Shown one piece after another: positions 58,611 to 64,000 of a stretch of DNA of 64,000 bases (its first letter is position 1; each line of letters starts with the position of its first letter). Under the pieces are notes generated by a model, which saw nothing but the letters and a program-made list of their open reading frames with translations, made no database searches and was not told where the DNA came from. The stretch is taken from contig NW_020845410.1 of NCBI RefSeq assembly GCF_003704095.1, positions 868,001 to 932,000 on the forward strand, written 5' to 3'. The stretch is from Pocillopora damicornis (taxonomy: Eukaryota). Position numbers and translations under genes: made by a program.

Positions 58611-61600
58611 ATGGGGCTGAGTGACGGAATTTTGGTAGTTGTTTCGGTTCTTGAAGGTAAGTTTGTCAGAAAATCCTTCAATTTTCGTCTAACTTCAGGG
58701 TTGAATTGACCATATTTTAAATTTGTTAAATGTTTGTTATGCGAAAATTTTGTGATACATTCAGGGCGAAGATTTCCTAAACGACCACGACACAAGATCA
58801 TTGTCGAAACAAAGTTTGATGGAGAAACTCTGACGACAGATCCCATTGATCATGTGGAAACCCCAGAGTTCACAACTGAACTTGCTTGGGAATTGAACAA
58901 AAAGTCTTTGCATCAGCATCGCTTGCAGAGAACACCAATCAAAATCCAGGTAAAATATGTGCAACACAAGTGAATTGTATTTTGACAGGCTTACAGATTA
59001 TAAAATATTTCGTTATTGCATCGTTTTTGTTTGTTCGTTTGTTTGTTAATGATAGGGTGGAGTGTAGGGAGTTGATCTTGCACTGTTATAATGTGAACCA
59101 AAATGAGATGTTGTAACTTAACCGCTGTTAACCCTTATGTTTCCAAGATCTTGTTTATAATTCTTCCTTCCCGCTGCTACACATTCCCTTATAAATAAGT
59201 TACAATAATTTGGTGTTAAATTAAGATAGCTAACTCTACCTGATAAGTTTGAATATTCTCAGAGCCTGTTTGCTGGATAATGTATGGATATTATAGAGAG
59301 AAGTTAAATGTTGATCATTTCTGAGAGTTGAAGGGTAACGAGAAAGAAAAGGAAAGATTTCCATATAACCACATACTATTCTTAAGCAAAGCTGTTTTTC
59401 TACAGGTAATCTGTTGTTTCACCTTTAGTTTCTTCTATCCAAGTATTGTGGCATAATGAAGTATGGGGTTACGCAGAAATCTTTCCAGACAAATGTGCAT
59501 CTCTTTTACATTAGTTACAATGTCGAGCTACTTCATTGCCAAATTTACTCAACTTAATTTGTCATCTTTTCCTTTACTGATTTCAATATGTTCCTAAATT
59601 TGCTGGTTATCTATATTTTGGACAGTGTTATGCTCTGGATACTCTGTCATCTCAGAAGGAAGCTGTTGGATATGTGATCCTAGATTTGCGGACAGCACAA
59701 CAAAAACCAGTGGCAAGTATTCAGTGTCATTCAATTAAAGACCTTTAGAAATAACAACATTTAGAGATTAAAAAATGCATGCAAAGTAATAATTCAAGAG
59801 ATTGAAATGCTATCAGAGCATGGTGAAATAAAAATTACAATTTTTATTTTAGAGAGCACAATGGTATTCCCTCCTGAGTACAAAGTACCAAAGAATGAAA
59901 CCAGAGTTGAAGTTGATGTTGTCATTAGAAGATGACACTCAGTCTAAACAGACTGAACAACAGTCACAACAAGAAGATGAGAGTAAGTTAAAAAAAAAAC
60001 AAATGAGAAATGATTTTTTTGACTAGAGATAAGGTTGAACTGTTTTAAGTAAATCTTTTCCCAAGGAACAAAACCTCAGTTTTACAAACAACATTTTTCA
60101 GCCTAATTCAATAGTCTCATTGTCATCCTTTGATGTTGGTATCTAACTTCTAAATATCAGTAATTTGGAACGATTGTTAAGAAGGGTAGAAGTGGAATTA
60201 TTGCTTCACCATTTCATTGTTTTAGTTACTATTAAGAATTAATGGGATGTCACAATCAATGACCGTAAATCATTTATTAACTAACCACAATTTTGTTTTT
60301 TTTAAAGCCTGTCTACATGTACCAGTAAATACCAATAAAATTTAAATTTCATTGAGCATGAAATATACCTAAATGCGTTCAAGGTGTTGCTTAGTTATCA
60401 TCTCATGCAAACTGTTTTATTATTGACATTTAACTTTCTAAATTTGACAAATATTTCAAACTAATTAACAAATTTTGCTAATGGCTGGACATGTTTTTTC
60501 TCTATGCCTTCCAAAGGGCAACACCCAAGACCCTCTCCACCAAGAAAACCAGAATCTGATGGGATACAGTGTCTGCTTAATGAAGATCAAGGGTATTATG
60601 AAATTGGACCACAACATGAAGATGACAAGATTTTTATTTTGTCCGTTACAATTGGACTTGCCTCTAATTTAGCTAAGGTAGATTTGCTTAATAATTAATG
60701 TAAATCTCTGACATTTTGATCATAAGTCATAAATGATGCCCTTAATTCTACAAATTTCATGTAATTATGACTTACAATAGAGGAAACTAATTATTTGATG
60801 AGTCACCAATCTCCCTTTATGCGCCATTGCATAGCTGGTCACCAGCCCTTCTCATTGCAGAGAACAGGTTGTCCAAATAGTAAATGTAAAAATTTGCTCC
60901 CTAGACATATTAAGAGATGAATTATCTACAACAGTGCCAGTCTGACATTAGAGTTCCTACCCAGGAATCCACTTCTGCTATGAACAATAAAACAAGACAT
61001 TCCCTTTGAAATAATTGATTTACACTTTTTATCATTGATTGGGTTTTTTTTTTTAATTTATTACTTTTTTCCCTTTAGTTGGTACCATCTAGCTTTGCTT
61101 TGCCAGATCCAAACCTTGGTGGTGGATTTTATTTTTATTACTCATTACTGAGCAATGATGTGACAAATGAAGTCTTTCATGATCTTCTTCAACCAAACTT
61201 TCCTGCTGAGCGAGCTTCAGTGAGAATAAGAAGTAACTTGGAACTTCTCAGAACATTTTTCACCCAACATTCAGGGCTGGAGGTAGATCTTATGCATACT
61301 AATTCATATAACAATTAATTTTTAAATCCTGAGATCTTTCATCAACAAAATCCACATTGATGATTAAACAATTATTTGTTATCCATTTGATAGTTTTATA
61401 GTTTTTCTTGATGAAAACCTTGCCACAATGTAATGGACTAAAAAGTTGTCAATGTGATTTTGGCTCCTCATTCCTGACTGAGAGGAGATTGTTTTTACAA
61501 TCTTACAGATGAATGTATTGCTAACAGGACTAGAAACACAGAGATGTTAAAATGACCAAAAAAACCTTAATGAATGTAGTGCTAACAAGACTGGAGTCAC

Positions 61601-64000
61601 AGAGATGTTATAATGACAAAAAAACACCTTAATTTTTTTTCCAGTACAAATGTAAGAATATTTTCTTACAGGTCTATTTGTGTTGTGGGGACCAGTCCTT
61701 AGGCAAAGCTGTAGTCTCTTTTCAAGGCCTTCTCAATGAGCAGCAAAACTTAGCATCACCAACTGTAATTGAAGGGCTATTTCCATTAATTGCACCTGGT
61801 CGTAGTCGCCAATCTTCAGGAGCAGTAGATGACTCTGAGCCAGCTGTTGGTGTGTCTGTGTCTTTAAGACAAGAGCAGCAGGAGACAATGGGAAATGTCA
61901 CAAGTTCCCCCTCGCCAATTGTTGCTGCAGGAGGAATGGGAAGACAGGTATACTTTGTCTGTGGCTCATGATAATGATAATATTGATAATGTTGATGATA
62001 ATGATAATAATGATGACGATGATAACACTACAGATGTACAAAGATATCCTCCAAATTCTTTTTAGCAGTCAATGCTTGTTCATTATTTTGTGCCCAACCA
62101 TGTTTTTAAATGACATTTTCAGAGGGTACCTGAAGTAGACAGCCTGCCATATGGAAGCAAATCTCCAGCTAAACAGCTTTCAAGCTCCCCTTTTAGAGGA
62201 AAGCAGAAAGAGCCTGGTAAAGGGTCAGAGACAGAGATTACTGGAGAGCACCTCAAGGGTACACCACCTCGACCACAATCCAGCACTCCACACAGTGGCC
62301 CAGAAAAACTAGGGTTAGAAGGTGGGGTCACTTTGGGAGCTCAAAAGGTACATATGTGGTTGTTTTGTTGTTAAATCAGAGCAGAGCAGTGTTAAATCTA
62401 AACGACTCCAAACAAATTTCATTTCTTTCAGAACTCTCCTTCAAAGAAATCAAAGACAGCCCAGGCTTCTCAACCACAAATATCAGCTCCAGGCCCCAGC
62501 AGCACTGTTCCTTTACTTGGAACGAGGCTACCAATTGATCCAGGAGCACACCACTTCTGTTTTTCTATTGACCTGCGCAGTATTTCCAATCTTGATGTAA
62601 CATCTCCTGTTAACTGTTTCCTCAGGTTTGTCTGTCAAAAATTGACCAAGTTTGTACTAAGTAGACCATAACCAATGGAATGAATAAGATGTTTATTCTC
62701 CCTCCAGGTACACATATCCTTTCTTTGGCAGTGCTGCACCTGTTATCACTAGTCCTCCTGTACAAGTCCAACGCAACATGGAAGTTCTTCTACCAAAATC
62801 ATTCTGTGCCTTTGACTTTGCATCATCGCCAATACTTCTTCAACAAACTCTCACAAGGTTAGCAAAGATGTCAGCTCTTTGAATTAGACCAATGTCAGTG
62901 CACCTACCCCTCTCCTAACCTCATGAGAGTCAACTGATAACAAGTTAGGGTTAATGTTAAGTTAGGGAAGAGGTAAGTATGTAGTTGTTGAGATACTGAC
63001 ATTGATCCATGAAATTTAAGTTTGCAATCAATTGTCAATAAAACAAAGCTAAAGTAACCAATGGTGACCAATCAGTGAAGAGATTGGCATCACAGGGAGC
63101 CAATGACTGAGCTGAAGCGTGGGAAGACCCTATTGATCAAATGGGGATTGGTTTTTCTTTGGCATCTGATTTTTTGAGAAGACAGACGTGTGTTCCTGAC
63201 AGATCACTTTGTGTAGTTAATCAAAAGCAGTTCAGTCCTAGATTACTTGGATTACTCTCAATTTGTTTTTGTTTTACAATAGAGTTCCCCTTGTGATTGA
63301 GGTGTGGCATAAAGACAGCATGGCTGGAAATCTTCTGATTGGAGTCTCCAATATGTTACTGGCCTCTGTCCTAAGTGCCAATAAAGTTCAAGTCTTGTCG
63401 CAGGTGAGAGTCAAGTTTAAATTATTTGATAGAAAATCGGTTTGTGCTTCGTCAAGGCATGATACACTAGCACAATTTTCAAAGCACAGCTCAAGTGTTT
63501 TCAATGAAAAAAAAAAAAAAAAAAAAGAAAGGGGGGGCAGCGATCTGATACATTTTTTCTCACCTTGACAGCCATTGCTAAATTTTTGCATTTGTCATAT
63601 TTATATTTCGTGTGGTAAGGGTAAAGAAGTGACTGGCTACAGGCAAATTTATAACGAGAGGGTGATAATCTTTACTACAGAAAAGTAAGTGCAACAATTT
63701 TGTATAGACTCAATAGATAGTTACAGAGTTTGTACAGACCAAAGCTTTCTTTATACATCATTTAATTCAGTTGACGTTGCAGTGGGCGAGAGGCTGGGAG
63801 GGGTCTGGCTCGAATAATTTCTTTTTCATGCCAGAACCCTCGTAGACCTTTCGCACGCTCACAACCATTATAAAAATCAGAATAGTGTTTTGTTTGGTGT
63901 GTTTGTTTCTTTTTATGTTTCTTTTTTAATCTTCATTTAACGATGATGACAATAAACCTCTTTCTCAGGCCTGCTCGGAGAATCGGTGAGCTTCATGTGG
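58611..64000 (+). CDS. CEP120: centrosomal protein CEP120 (5' part; runs off the window)
   Basis: [82 protein letters not shown]; C2[37 protein letters not shown]; C2[43 protein letters not shown]. Confidence 0.95.
61509..61632. repeat. ~61-bp tandem duplication, 2 copies
   Basis: atgaatgta(t/g)tgctaaca..cacagagatgtta..atgac..aaaa..ccttaa occurs twice. Confidence 0.85.
62885..63009. mobile_element. decayed copy of the 55201-55339 palindromic MITE
   Basis: cacctacccct..cctaacc / gttaggg..gatactgacattgatcca. Confidence 0.75.

Overview
AT-rich, intron-rich animal genomic DNA, not prokaryotic. Gene content and repeat families suggest a cnidarian, probably a scleractinian coral (inference). There are two assembly gaps (631-650 and 46238-46385). 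Most ORF-track entries are exon fragments or noise. Hand-splicing gives nine genes: POLR2J(-), CHAF1A(+), RNF115/126(-), UNC13(+), DDA1(-), EFCAB2/DRC8(+), an unannotated-looking 149-aa gene resembling the fungal inner-kinetochore Cnl2/Nkp2 family (+), a short FAM184-like gene (-), and the 5' part of CEP120(+). Eight of the nine form four head-to-head pairs. Introns are full of MITEs, SINEs and a LINE fragment, often nested. One is a decayed TTAA-flanked Kolobok-type transposon with convergent THAP and KolX/P2X7-ballast-like remnants. Top leads: (1) a putative animal Nkp2/Cnl2 with an E2F site at its start; (2) the Kolobok relic; (3) two different 6-bp-TSD elements inserted at the same homologous base of one host MITE family. 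All family assignments come from remembered motifs; no searches were run.
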